A DNA stretch of 57,981 nucleotides from a virus. Taxonomy: Duplodnaviria > Caudoviricetes. The stretch is taken from positions 1-57,981 of IMG/VR virus record IMGVR_UViG_3300020439_002263. The stretch is one strand, 5' to 3'. The position numbers were made by a program, and so were the translations under genes. The notes under the pieces were generated by a model, which had not been told where the DNA came from, searched no databases, and saw nothing but the letters and a program-made list of their open reading frames with translations. Below are positions 18,581-28,304 of the stretch, one piece after another. The first letter of the stretch is position 1. Each line of letters starts with the position of its first letter.

Positions 18581-19053
18581 CCTTCCGGTATTGACAGTCT
18601 CTTCAACCGCTCCGATGTATTAAAATTATTATATGCAGTATACCCGGCATCGGCTATTTGAAGACCTGCTGACAGGACGTTCGGTTTTCTAATACTAGCG
18701 AAGGCCGAGCCGATAGAAGCTTCAGAAGCACGATTATTGAAGAAGCCTTGCTTCCTTATAGTAGCTAAGTCTTGATTCTGCTGGCTAAATGAATTCATGA
18801 GTTGAGCCTCAAAGGAAGGCCCCCGGACACCAGCCTCGCCAGCAGCAACTAGCATTCGCGCCCTCTCCTTCCGCGCTTGTTTAACCCGCTCTCCCATTTG
18901 CTGTTGTTCTCGGGCATGGAGCTCCTCAGCTTGAGCCTTACGCTGCGCGTTAAGCGCCGCCGCCTGCGTATTTGCCGCTTGAATCTGCGAATACGTGCTC
19001 GCCCCCGCGCCCGCGATAGCTAAAGCGGTCATGACTGTAGAGACTTCACACAC
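18577..19053 (-). CDS. Internal virion protein, gp14-like
   Basis: MCEV start, Ala/Gln-rich, AAGEAGVRG motif. Confidence 0.8.
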   Translation of the reverse strand: MCEVSTVMTALAIAGAGASTYSQIQAANTQAAALNAQRKAQAEELHAREQQQMGERVKQARKERARMLVAAGEAGVRGPSFEAQLMNSFSQQNQDLATIRKQGFFNNRASEASIGSAFASIRKPNVLSAGLQIADAGYTAYNNFNTSERLKRLSIPEG

Positions 19054-19535
19054 GGCGATAACTCCCTAAACGATGCGTATTGAATGAATAAACAACGGCC
19101 GTGACCGAACTCAGGATCAGCGTGTATGGGGTGGAACCCGAGCCGCGTCAACCACCGTAGCGACCTTACGTTTCTGTAATCTATGAAGTTAGTCAAGATA
19201 CGATACCTTCCATGCATAACACGGATGTACTCGGTAGAATACTTCCAGACCTGAACCTTGTATTCATGCATCCGTGGAGTTCCAAGCAACCAGACAGCTC
19301 CTGACTCTACTGAGCCTTGGATAAGAGGCGCCGCACCGAACATGCACAGGGGGGTATCGTCTAACAACCCTGTCCATCTTAAATCATGATCTGAATACGA
19401 AAACGAGCTAAGTAAAGCCTCATAAGGCGTAAGCCCCGACGAGGCTTTTACTTCATCCACATCCTGCTGTCTTAAATTATGCGCTAGGTATTCAACATGC
19501 TCATACTCCGCAGGGACTACCTCGACACGCATCAC
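19029..19535 (-). CDS. gp13-like virion assembly protein (GNAT-like fold)
   Basis: LRQQDVDEV, VWLLGT and N..S.RWL..LGF motifs. Confidence 0.8.
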   Translation of the reverse strand: MMRVEVVPAEYEHVEYLAHNLRQQDVDEVKASSGLTPYEALLSSFSYSDHDLRWTGLLDDTPLCMFGAAPLIQGSVESGAVWLLGTPRMHEYKVQVWKYSTEYIRVMHGRYRILTNFIDYRNVRSLRWLTRLGFHPIHADPEFGHGRCLFIQYASFRELSPCVKSLQS

Positions 19536-21733
19536 AAGCTCCGCGCCCGGTTGTAGTAAAACGCCTCGAACTCGGCGCTTTGAAACACTGATTGTACATG
19601 TGCGTCATTTATTAAACTTACTTTAGCTACCTTGGAATCGCCGTATACTTGAAAGGCATAACGGCCTGTATGAAAGACGGGCTCCCCAATCTTGAGGGAG
19701 CTCTCCCCCAAGGACTTACCAGTAAATTCAGAGAGCTGGGCAGGTACAACGCTCTCAACAAGCGGGTCAGTACCGTAAGGGGCGACCTCCGTTTTAAAAA
19801 ACGCGGTGTCTGTATAATATACAACGAAAGTCCTCAGCATCAATCTCCCGGTTGTTACCGCCTTATCGCCGTTCATCATGAACTGCTCGGAGAATGTATA
19901 CCTCATGGTATAGCCTTGGCCGGCCCATACAACTTTATCTGCATGGTTTCCCGGTGCTCGAATAGTTGTAGGACTAATCCACTGATACTGAGAAGGGTCA
20001 ACCAGGGAAAGAACTTGACCAGCGAACCCAGAACCACGTACCAGTCGAAATCCCGGCTGGTTAACAGGATCTACCTGATAAGGAAGTCTCCATTCTGTAT
20101 AGTCCCCAGATGAATAATATGTACCAACGACAGCCGTCAGCCGGTCTAGAAGAACCTGTCTATTCAAATCTCCTGTGGTGGCACCAGACTGAAGATCGGC
20201 TTTCTCTAAGAAAACACCCTCGCTTCTCTCTATCAAGAGATACAGTTCATTGTCCAGAACCTCTATAGAAAGGATTTTATCTGTAGAAGGTAGTTCCCAG
20301 TAGGACCACGCCGATTGGGCTTTTCCCCCTTCATTCCAGAAGAATTTATAGACATACAGGCGGTTAGGTGTATCGGCTGATAGAGCGAACAATACATCCT
20401 CGTTCGCGTTTCCTGTCATTTTAATAACATTCTTAGGTAAATAACGAGGGACATGGGCGGTGATGTCGGCAGCATCTGTGGAGTTCGTATCACCGTCATC
20501 TACGAAATACTCACGGACCCGACTGTAGTTACCGGATTCTGTCACGAAGTAGACGTCGTTACCTATAGGCACAGGACGTACTTTAGTGGACATCTCATAG
20601 TCCGTAACCGTGTCGATAGAAACACTGGAAGGCGTGAGTAACTGATCAACGTTCAGGGCGAACTGTGTCTGATCTGCAAACAACATCATGTTATTGTTAA
20701 AGGGTACTGCGTACTTCAGAAGTGAGACTTTAGTTGATGAAACAGCTACATCAACCACGTCTGAGTCAAGTAGGTCCGTGACGGTGTTGCGCCAGAAGTT
20801 TCCGAAGTCGCCCGCACATGAGAACACCACGTTCTCGTCAGTAACAAAGCCCAGCCTGTTCTTATAGTAAAAAACGTCTTGTATAGTCCTCCCAGCGAAA
20901 GACGGGACGGGATTAGATACTTCGTCCCCGTACCGGCGGACGTCCCAAGCGAACGGTCTGAAAGAGAACGTACCGTCGCTCTCCCTGACTAGAGCATGAG
21001 GCATGGTAGTTTCGTCAAACGCAGTGCTGTTACCCGGGGCATGTGTTTCTTCCCATACACCTCCCCGGCGAACGACATAGTAGGCTCCAAAAGAATCCTC
21101 GTCGTAACCGGCAACTTTCCAAAGATCCCCTTCCATAGGTGCCGGATTATCGCCCGGCTTAGGTAGATCATTGAAAGTTTGAACTACACCCCGGTAGGTA
21201 CCGTAAGCGGGGTTGTAATACCTTAGTTGATTTATAAGAGATGCTTCTAGCCGACCAAGTACTCCATCCCGTCTTGGGGATACCCATTCATTAAGGTTGG
21301 CAGGGACGCCTGTGGGAGCATCCTTAGTCTCTACCTTTATAGTCTTATTAACGACGAACGTATAATCAGCGATAGAAACCAACGCGAACGACTGGGATAC
21401 ATCGGTATTCCCTGTAACCAGATAGCTTTTACCTAGTGGGAAACTGACAACTTTTTCACTACCGTTGGTGTCGAAGACTTTTAAGTCCCCCTCAAATACA
21501 ACAACAATGTAACGCTCGGCTGTGTCGCGATTAATCGTGTGTATAAAAGCGCCATTAAACGGCGTCGCGCCCACTTTAGCGATATGCTCCAGCGGTGGAC
21601 GCTTCCGCAGTCCATCTGCTACTGTTCCGTAGGCATTTATCTGCTCTTCACACTGCGAGGGAAGTCTCAGTGTCGCAGGCTGCTGACTGACGCCATTGAA
21701 CAACGCAGGTAGCTGACGGCTAATAAGGGCCAT
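19532..21733 (-). CDS. Tail tubular protein B (nozzle, gp12)
   Basis: GVSQQP..LR, GLRKRPP, FYYKNRLGF, DITAHVPRYLP, QSAWSYW. Confidence 0.95.
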   Translation of the reverse strand: MALISRQLPALFNGVSQQPATLRLPSQCEEQINAYGTVADGLRKRPPLEHIAKVGATPFNGAFIHTINRDTAERYIVVVFEGDLKVFDTNGSEKVVSFPLGKSYLVTGNTDVSQSFALVSIADYTFVVNKTIKVETKDAPTGVPANLNEWVSPRRDGVLGRLEASLINQLRYYNPAYGTYRGVVQTFNDLPKPGDNPAPMEGDLWKVAGYDEDSFGAYYVVRRGGVWEETHAPGNSTAFDETTMPHALVRESDGTFSFRPFAWDVRRYGDEVSNPVPSFAGRTIQDVFYYKNRLGFVTDENVVFSCAGDFGNFWRNTVTDLLDSDVVDVAVSSTKVSLLKYAVPFNNNMMLFADQTQFALNVDQLLTPSSVSIDTVTDYEMSTKVRPVPIGNDVYFVTESGNYSRVREYFVDDGDTNSTDAADITAHVPRYLPKNVIKMTGNANEDVLFALSADTPNRLYVYKFFWNEGGKAQSAWSYWELPSTDKILSIEVLDNELYLLIERSEGVFLEKADLQSGATTGDLNRQVLLDRLTAVVGTYYSSGDYTEWRLPYQVDPVNQPGFRLVRGSGFAGQVLSLVDPSQYQWISPTTIRAPGNHADKVVWAGQGYTMRYTFSEQFMMNGDKAVTTGRLMLRTFVVYYTDTAFFKTEVAPYGTDPLVESVVPAQLSEFTGKSLGESSLKIGEPVFHTGRYAFQVYGDSKVAKVSLINDAHVQSVFQSAEFEAFYYNRARSL

Positions 21734-21749
21734 ATCTCACCTCACCTCA

Positions 21750-22349
21750 CTAATTACGGTAGAAGAACACCCCGTTGGTGTCGCTGCTGTTTCTGAAGAT
21801 ATTCCTATCTTTAGTTCTGGCCTCCATCCGCGTTAAAAGGGCGAATGCTTCGGTCTCGTGGAGATCGGTAAACCTAAACAGGATATCCGACCCGATCACC
21901 TGAGACTGGAAGATCCTAGCCGCTCTAGTAGCGATGTAAGTCCGAGCTGCCTGCGGGATAGCCTCAAAATCCATAGCCCAAATTATATCACATTCGACCG
22001 GGCTTTTATTTATTTTAAACGTATGATTCTTACGATCATACAACATTAACTGCCCGCCGTTGTCTCTAACCACTAGATCTAGACTGGGATCACTAGGATC
22101 TACGCTGAGCGAACCTGTGGGGACGTTTATATAACCGTTGACGTCCACAGAGAGTGGATAACGTTTATCTGTATTAAAAGACCACCCCCGGTTGAGGACT
22201 TCGCGGGTTGTGTTGTCCAAGGCCAGCGTGGCAATGTTTACATCCCGAATGCCTGTGACATCTAGAGAGTTCACTGGGGCTTGACCAATACTCGCCAACA
22301 TACCGTTGACAGCATCTAACTTAGTCATAGGGGAAAGGGGGTTGATCAC
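21750..22349 (-). CDS. Tail tubular protein A (gatekeeper, gp11); GTG start likely
   Basis: TKLDAVNGMLASIGQAPV, GWSFNT, YIATRAARIF. Confidence 0.93.
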   Translation of the reverse strand: MINPLSPMTKLDAVNGMLASIGQAPVNSLDVTGIRDVNIATLALDNTTREVLNRGWSFNTDKRYPLSVDVNGYINVPTGSLSVDPSDPSLDLVVRDNGGQLMLYDRKNHTFKINKSPVECDIIWAMDFEAIPQAARTYIATRAARIFQSQVIGSDILFRFTDLHETEAFALLTRMEARTKDRNIFRNSSDTNGVFFYRN

Positions 22350-22362
22350 AGTAGCTCTCTCC

Positions 22363-22391
22363 AAAAATAAAGGGGGGCTATAAACCCCCCA
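22363..22391 (-). terminator. T-phi-like terminator after capsid gene
   Basis: Minus strand GGGGGGTTTATAGCCCCCC followed by TTTATTTTT. Confidence 0.8.
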
Positions 22392-22402
22392 GTACTAAAG
22401 TG

Positions 22403-23350
22403 TTACAGTATTTTAATCTCAACAGCACACTTAGTGAGAATAGGTCCATGACCGACAGCATATTCGGCGATCATCAGCGTCCCACGACGGCGTGGATCCC
22501 ATGCCGTCTCGAACCCGAGTCCCATGAGCTGTACGGTACCTACAGCCGCTTCAGTAAACACGACTGCCACAGTGTTTGTCATGTCAATACGATAGTCTAC
22601 AGGCAAGCTCGTGTTCGTGCTGTCGTTAACCCCCCAAGGGAAGGCATTAGATTTAACAACTTCAACCCCACCAATCATGGAGAACTTGCCCTTACTATAA
22701 GAGCCGTCTCCGTCAACGTCACGGTTGAGGATGAGTGTCGGTTCCTGCGCGAGCAGATACCACTGAGCAGGACGCACAGCGCAGTTGACCTTCACGTTAT
22801 CAACGGGGACGTCTTTTTCCTCCATCGTCTGTTTAGCTGTCCAAATGGAGCCAGCAAGAGACAGAGCATTAGAGTTTGCGTCGGCGTCAACGATAGCGCT
22901 CCCTCCCTGATCCCCCGTAAAGAGGGCGGCGCCGCGAGCAGCACGAATGAGGTTACGTGCGATGTTCTTATCATACTGGGTAGCAAGGAATTGACCCTGC
23001 TCATCAGAATAAACACTGCGCACATCATAGTGATTCATCGCCTCATCAATAGAAGCAATGAAGACGTCCGACACGAGCAGGTCGTCGATGTTGATCACTA
23101 CTTCAGTGTGGGAGATAGCCCGCCCAGTGAGTTCCTCACCGGGGGTATGATACCCACCAGATGCCTTAAATACAGCAGGGAAGCTCGCGCTCTTCCCGTG
23201 CGTAATCGTACGCTGGCGAGTCAGTTCTTTCAAAACAACGTTAGTTTCAAAAGCAGTAAGCACTTCGCCAGCGTATACTTTTTCAAAAAGGGCTTTATCG
23301 TCGCCTGTTTTATCGACTTGGCCCAAGCGAGATGCAGTTGCGTTAGCCAT
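22403..23350 (-). CDS. Major capsid protein (gp10); start moved to ATG 23350
   Basis: ALFEKVYAGEVLTAF, RTITHGKSASFP, IDDLL, NHYDVRSVYS. Confidence 0.96.
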   Translation of the reverse strand: MANATASRLGQVDKTGDDKALFEKVYAGEVLTAFETNVVLKELTRQRTITHGKSASFPAVFKASGGYHTPGEELTGRAISHTEVVINIDDLLVSDVFIASIDEAMNHYDVRSVYSDEQGQFLATQYDKNIARNLIRAARGAALFTGDQGGSAIVDADANSNALSLAGSIWTAKQTMEEKDVPVDNVKVNCAVRPAQWYLLAQEPTLILNRDVDGDGSYSKGKFSMIGGVEVVKSNAFPWGVNDSTNTSLPVDYRIDMTNTVAVVFTEAAVGTVQLMGLGFETAWDPRRRGTLMIAEYAVGHGPILTKCAVEIKIL

Positions 23351-23628
23351 GTGTGATTCCGTTATTGTTGTTATAAGGTTGGAACAATTATAAATGCCCG
23401 AAATTTTCTCCACACCACGCTAAGGTTATCCTCCGCAGAGGGCCTAAGATGTCGTGTTGTCTGTGGGGCTTCTGGTGCGGGTGATCAGTCCGCATTAATG
23501 TGAGAGTAAAAAGTAAGCGGCCCTTCGTATATTGTCATAGGGCCGCCAGAGTCCCGGTAAAGAGTCAACCGAGACAGGAAGAGAGAGAGAGATTTTTATA
23601 TCAACTAGAGGGTTCGTTATCGCTAATA

Positions 23629-24516
23629 CTAACTACTGAAGAGATCAATACCAGCCTTCGCTGAGCGGTCAATTTTAGCGGCTACCTCATGCCTAAACGC
23701 CGGGTCCGTTTTATACTTCGGACTCCGCATATCCTCCATCATCTCCGCTCGGCTCTTATATACCGATATAGGTCCACTTCCGCCTGTGATATAATTATCA
23801 GGCTCCACATCAGCCTCGTTTCTGTAACGAGCGAGTAACCCTTTAACGGCGAAAATAGCGCTATCAGTATTCACGAGTGCATTATTATACGAAGAGATCT
23901 CTTCTGGGGATAGGTTCTCAGACGCCCATTTCACCAGCTTATCATACTGATCTGCGTCAACGCCGGCGGCTCTAAATACCACGTCGACTTGAGCATCAGT
24001 CTGAGCTTTTGCTCCTGCAATATACTGATCCACCATTGCACGAGAGAAGCCAGTCTTCTCAAGCGCCGCATAGGTCTCTTCGGAAAGAGCCCCCGTGTCG
24101 GCGAACTCCGCCTCCGCAGCGGCTCGTAACTCGTCAAAGGATGAGACTACTTTCCCCGGGGCGTCCCCTTTATTCTGATCGACCCCCGCACCGTCATCTC
24201 TAGAGCTGTTTTGTGATTGCTTAGAGCGGGCACTCTCCAACTCAATATAAGACTTCAATAAGGCATCTACGTTTATAGTACCCTTCTCTGCGTCCCAAAA
24301 CTTATCGGGCACGTGATCCGGCTTTGTGGACTTGTTCTCTTCAGTATTTGTTGATTGCTCACCCTCCGACTTGGTCACAACGACTGTGTTACTATCCTTA
24401 TCCGTTCTACGGAAGGTGATATCTGCCTCTTCAGCCTTTTTTACCATTACAGTCTCGTGCTCATCGGCGTCGCCAATAGAGCGGCCTTCACCCATCGGGA
24501 TGTTCATCTTAGCCAT
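23629..24516 (-). CDS. Capsid scaffolding protein (gp9)
   Basis: VPDKFWD, LLKSYIELE, MRSPKYKTDPAFR. Confidence 0.9.
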   Translation of the reverse strand: MAKMNIPMGEGRSIGDADEHETVMVKKAEEADITFRRTDKDSNTVVVTKSEGEQSTNTEENKSTKPDHVPDKFWDAEKGTINVDALLKSYIELESARSKQSQNSSRDDGAGVDQNKGDAPGKVVSSFDELRAAAEAEFADTGALSEETYAALEKTGFSRAMVDQYIAGAKAQTDAQVDVVFRAAGVDADQYDKLVKWASENLSPEEISSYNNALVNTDSAIFAVKGLLARYRNEADVEPDNYITGGSGPISVYKSRAEMMEDMRSPKYKTDPAFRHEVAAKIDRSAKAGIDLFSS

Positions 24517-24525
24517 TTACAACCC

Positions 24526-24726
24526 CTAACTACCTCTACGAGTACGTAGGAACTTAGGATCAACATCGACCCTAGTCTCGATAGCATCCCCATTCGCTAA
24601 TTTACTGACTACATATTCGCTACCGTCATCTCTTTTCTCAGGTTTGGATGTTGACACAATGGGGTTGGGTTCTAGGACAGGTGCGTCCAAGCTACGTACT
24701 TTACGCGAAGGTTTAGCGTTAGCCAT
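24526..24726 (-). CDS. Hypothetical virion-module protein
   Basis: GAGGAG RBS; packed between portal and scaffold. Confidence 0.65.
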   Translation of the reverse strand: MANAKPSRKVRSLDAPVLEPNPIVSTSKPEKRDDGSEYVVSKLANGDAIETRVDVDPKFLRTRRGS

Positions 24727-26272
24727 TAGATTCTCCTCTAGTTACTAAATCTGATATATTTTTAGCCAGAGCTCCAGACACTGGCCCGACTGCTTTATCC
24801 ATAATCTGTGCCGCCATCTGAGCCTGCTGTTCCTCAGCGATTAAACCCTCATCTTTCAGTAAACCATCGACGTCAACGTTATGTGCGGTAGCAAGCGTTT
24901 TAGCCACCTTCTCAACGTCGAAACGCTGAAGCGCCTGCGGACCCACAACCTGAGCCAGATCAGTAAAATAAGCGCGTAGTCGGTTGAGCTCATGGCCCCG
25001 TCCTAACGCGTCAAATCCCGTGACTATAACCGGCTCTATAGTATCCTGACCGTTCACTTTAGGAAGTATAGGGAACTCACCTGCTCGCCTCATCTGGGCT
25101 ATAAGCCGTTTAACGATAGGAAGCTGTAGTTCGCGAGAGAGAACTGTATATACACCGCCAAGGACGTCCTCTAGTTCCTGTGCCATAGCCCTAATTTCCT
25201 GAGCAGTCACACGCTCAGCATCGCGGATCATACCGCTTTGGAGAAGAAACGCGTTAGAAAGCCGTGACGTCAGCTCATCAGCGACCTCTTTAGAGACCCT
25301 GAAATCGGCGTATTTATCAAGCTGTAAGACGTCCACATCTTCTATTTTACCTGTAATTACGTCCCCCGACTCCGCTTCAACTAAGGCATCAACATCCGTC
25401 GTTGCGTTTGGGTGGACAAACAGTACGATTTTTCCGGCGGCAGCAGAGAAAGATAGAATAGCCTTGGAAATAACGTCTAAACCATGTAAATCTCCTATAT
25501 ACTCTTCTACTAGGCCCCGCCCATAGTCTTCATTCTCGACGGCAGTCCAACGAAGAAAAATAAAAGGTGACTCACTTACTTTATTCCGGCCTCTCGATTC
25601 AGGAACTTCGATGTCGTTGATCTCCTGAAAATACTCAACGAACTTGCCCCCATTTTTAAGCTCTATCTTTGTATAAACATCAACTTCTTCTCTACCGCTC
25701 TTCGGGCTCGGATCTACGGCACATGCCTTTCGCACGTCTTCTTTCAATGTAGAAGGATGTACAGTCTCCTTAATCACCGCTTCGGTAACGACCCCGTAGG
25801 CATCACGAACAACGCAATACTGATTCAGGCTATACATCCGCGCAGGCCCCTCAGTGGGGATAAGAAGTAAAGCGTTGCCGGTGACTATTAAGTGTTTAAG
25901 TACTTGGTGAAGGGTCACCCTGAAGTTGCTACTCTCGATGCGGCTCATGGCTCTGTTTTCAAGCTTTCGCAGCGCTTCCTCTACAGCATCGCGCTCAGCG
26001 CCTAACTCCTCTACCACTGAATCCGCGATCTGTAATCTAAAGAAAGACGTACCGGGCGGTAGCAGAGCCAGAAGAAGCTTAGACGCCAGATTATTCACTC
26101 CGAACGAGCCCAAAGACTGGTATGGAGTGGGTAGACTCGAATTTTCGTCAGAACCTTCCGGAGGCATAAGCGCCGGAATCGTTAAACGAGCGGCCTCCCG
26201 TGCCCGCCTTAGAACCCCACCCCGTTTGGTCTGTAAACTCTCCCACCGACTTTTTATACTAGCCATGTACAA
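24719..26272 (-). CDS. Portal / head-tail connector (gp8)
   Basis: PYQSLGSFGVNNLASKLLLALLPP, EDYGRGLVEE, RDAERVTAQEIR. Confidence 0.96.
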   Translation of the reverse strand: MYMASIKSRWESLQTKRGGVLRRAREAARLTIPALMPPEGSDENSSLPTPYQSLGSFGVNNLASKLLLALLPPGTSFFRLQIADSVVEELGAERDAVEEALRKLENRAMSRIESSNFRVTLHQVLKHLIVTGNALLLIPTEGPARMYSLNQYCVVRDAYGVVTEAVIKETVHPSTLKEDVRKACAVDPSPKSGREEVDVYTKIELKNGGKFVEYFQEINDIEVPESRGRNKVSESPFIFLRWTAVENEDYGRGLVEEYIGDLHGLDVISKAILSFSAAAGKIVLFVHPNATTDVDALVEAESGDVITGKIEDVDVLQLDKYADFRVSKEVADELTSRLSNAFLLQSGMIRDAERVTAQEIRAMAQELEDVLGGVYTVLSRELQLPIVKRLIAQMRRAGEFPILPKVNGQDTIEPVIVTGFDALGRGHELNRLRAYFTDLAQVVGPQALQRFDVEKVAKTLATAHNVDVDGLLKDEGLIAEEQQAQMAAQIMDKAVGPVSGALAKNISDLVTRGESNG

Positions 26273-26275
26273 CTC

Positions 26276-26635
26276 CTAGTACAGTCTTAGTCTCCCCAAA
26301 CCCGTGTCTTTACGATTTCCCCGACTGCGGCTATTGGGGTTACCTGAAGCAGGGACAGGTGTGGGTGATAGGGATTTTATTGGTTTGTTAACTAGAGGAT
26401 TAGAGCCCGGACGAGCGTTCCCTCGCGGCCCCAATGTCTGTGTACCCCTCTGCACCCCACCTCTACTACTAAAACCTACACCTAAACCTGTGTCGAGGGG
26501 GATGCGGAGAGAATTCCTACCGCTTCTCAGTGATCGTACTAGGGCTAGATCGCTTCTAGTATCATCCAAGTAGGGGTTCCTCATATACTGAGGCTCAGGG
26601 ATTTCTATCTTCTGTGGTTTCGGAGCGCCACACAT
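26276..26635 (-). CDS. Virion assembly protein (gp6.7/7.3-like); start moved to MCGAPKP
   Basis: MC..PK start, GRNSLRIPL motif, position before portal. Confidence 0.65.
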   Translation of the reverse strand: MCGAPKPQKIEIPEPQYMRNPYLDDTRSDLALVRSLRSGRNSLRIPLDTGLGVGFSSRGGVQRGTQTLGPRGNARPGSNPLVNKPIKSLSPTPVPASGNPNSRSRGNRKDTGLGRLRLY

Positions 26636-26819
26636 GTCGTTTCCTTGTGTTTTTATTTGTAGCTTCAAACCATTCTTGAAGGAACTCCACGACATCCACA
26701 GCCCCAGAGTACCTTAAATGTTCCTCATAACTTTCGTTAGATTTAATCCGTCTATCAGGATAAATCTTGACCAGTGTCGCTATTAAATCTTCAGTGTTCA
26801 AGGGGATAGGGTTCTGCAT
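26595..26819 (-). CDS. Hypothetical (gp6.5-like position)
   Basis: LI..L...YPD and G...VVEFL pattern; first gene of late operon. Confidence 0.65.
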   Translation of the reverse strand: MQNPIPLNTEDLIATLVKIYPDRRIKSNESYEEHLRYSGAVDVVEFLQEWFEATNKNTRKRHVWRSETTEDRNP

Positions 26820-26829
26820 GAAATCACCA

Positions 26830-27105
26830 TGTCTACGGGCCGCTGTCCGATCACGAACCGGCCTTTAAACACACCGCCATATAGTTCAATATCGAAGCCT
26901 ACTTGAGCTGGCGGAGACCTCGCGATGATACCTACCGTCAGTAGGCTAATACGCGTGTAGATGTTGATTTAGGCTACTAACAAAAGAAACGCCGCCCAAA
27001 GTCGGCGTCGGGCCGGAGATGTTATCTCCGGCGGGGTTTATAACCGTAGCCTAGGTAAGATAACCCGTTAATAAAAACCCAGCTACTAACTAGCAGTTTC
27101 GTGAG
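26830..27105 (-). ncRNA. Putative structured RNA leader of the late operon
   Basis: Two multibranch domains of nested inverted repeats directly downstream of a phage promoter; no ORF in the track. Confidence 0.5.
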
Positions 27106-27109
27106 GGTT

Positions 27110-27126
27110 GTAAGGATGCACCCTAA
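27110..27126 (-). promoter_or_regulatory. Phage RNAP promoter (late/structural operon)
   Basis: TTAGGGTGCATCCTTAC immediately after the exonuclease stop. Confidence 0.8.
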
Positions 27127-27897
27127 TTAATAAAGAAAGAAGGGTTCCCACAATTTAATCGTCTTCGTCTTGTAGTTATAATCATACCACCTGAGAATTC
27201 GGGAAAGCCTCGCTTGGTGTATGGCGTCAGCTTCAGTGAAGCCCTTAAGGCAATAAGCTTCAACGACAATATCCCACAGCTCTTCTCGCTCCGCACTTAT
27301 AACCTCCTCAGCGTAAACAGACTTAGGGCCTATTCCCGGACACCCGGGGTAACCATCAGTGCTATCTCCACACAGCGTCTGCCACATATGAAACCTATCC
27401 GCGTCCAGTTCACTAACCTCGATAACCCCTAGCTCCGCGTAGTTTGGGTTGTAAATCTTGGCCGGAATCGTGCGCATATCCTTATCCTCAGAGACTATTA
27501 CCTTCTCCCCCGGTATGATCCTAGGGTGCGTGGCGAGAATCCCCATAACGTCATCAGCCTCTAACCTAGGTCTGACGTATGATTCATATTTCTGGCCTAA
27601 GTAATCTTTAACGTAACTTAAGAGCACAGGCTTACTGATCTTCTCCCTGTTCTTTTTATAACTCGGTTCGAGCTGCTTACGGAAGTTCTGATGTGGATCC
27701 GTAAAACATATAACCACGGAGTCGGCTTTTAACACATCTGAGTATTCTTCAATCAGCTCATCCACACGTGCTCGTGCCGCTTGTTCGTCCACCGCGACCG
27801 CGAAGTCGCCATCCCCATTAAAATCATAGCGCTCTTCAGCGACTGCCGCTGTCTTATAAGCTATAATATCGGCGTCGAGAAGGATCGTCCTTCTCAT
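27127..27897 (-). CDS. 5'-3' exonuclease (gp6)
   Basis: LLDADIIAY, YKKNR, LEADDVMGI, SEDKDM, GDSTDGYPGCPGIG. Confidence 0.93.
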   Translation of the reverse strand: MRRTILLDADIIAYKTAAVAEERYDFNGDGDFAVAVDEQAARARVDELIEEYSDVLKADSVVICFTDPHQNFRKQLEPSYKKNREKISKPVLLSYVKDYLGQKYESYVRPRLEADDVMGILATHPRIIPGEKVIVSEDKDMRTIPAKIYNPNYAELGVIEVSELDADRFHMWQTLCGDSTDGYPGCPGIGPKSVYAEEVISAEREELWDIVVEAYCLKGFTEADAIHQARLSRILRWYDYNYKTKTIKLWEPFFLY

Positions 27898-28304
27898 TTG
27901 CGGCCTCCGCCCAGTTGATTCATCCGCCACTCACCATATGCACGGTAGCCATAAACCGCAGCAATCATAACGGCTATCGCTGCCTGATACCAAACCGGAG
28001 TCTGCTCCAGGATCTGAAAGCCCCGCAGTATGTAATCGCTCAATCCGGGGATAAAACAGCCTATCATAGGAATTGAGAGTACAAGAGTCATATACTCATC
28101 TTTCCATCCGTTATTATTAAGAGCGTGTTGCTCCCACTTAGCTTCCTCAATTTTCCCCTGCTGAATTAAGTCCATAGCTCGGTTAAATCTAGCCTCCTCT
28201 AGTTTGTCCGCACGCTCTTTCTCCTTAGCTTTTTGTTCTTGTCTTTTTAGAAAATATTGTGGAACATAGCCTATAATACTACGAACAAGACTCAACCATC
28301 CCAT
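27894..28304 (-). CDS. Putative holin (3TM/GTA-holin-like)
   Basis: WKDEY..LVLSIP...FIP and P.WYQ....AAVYGYR motifs, hydrophobic segments. Confidence 0.65.
   Translation of the reverse strand: MGWLSLVRSIIGYVPQYFLKRQEQKAKEKERADKLEEARFNRAMDLIQQGKIEEAKWEQHALNNNGWKDEYMTLVLSIPMIGCFIPGLSDYILRGFQILEQTPVWYQAAIAVMIAAVYGYRAYGEWRMNQLGGGRK

Noticed and set aside
22380-22440. T7 gp10A/10B-type capsid frameshift
   Set aside because: No slippery heptamer near the stop, and a terminator follows immediately
22400-23356. 318-aa + strand ORF
   Set aside because: Antisense shadow of the capsid gene; no recognisable motifs
26830-27105. tRNA or tmRNA identity for the structured RNA
   Set aside because: No properly placed T-loop with CCA end and no tag reading frame
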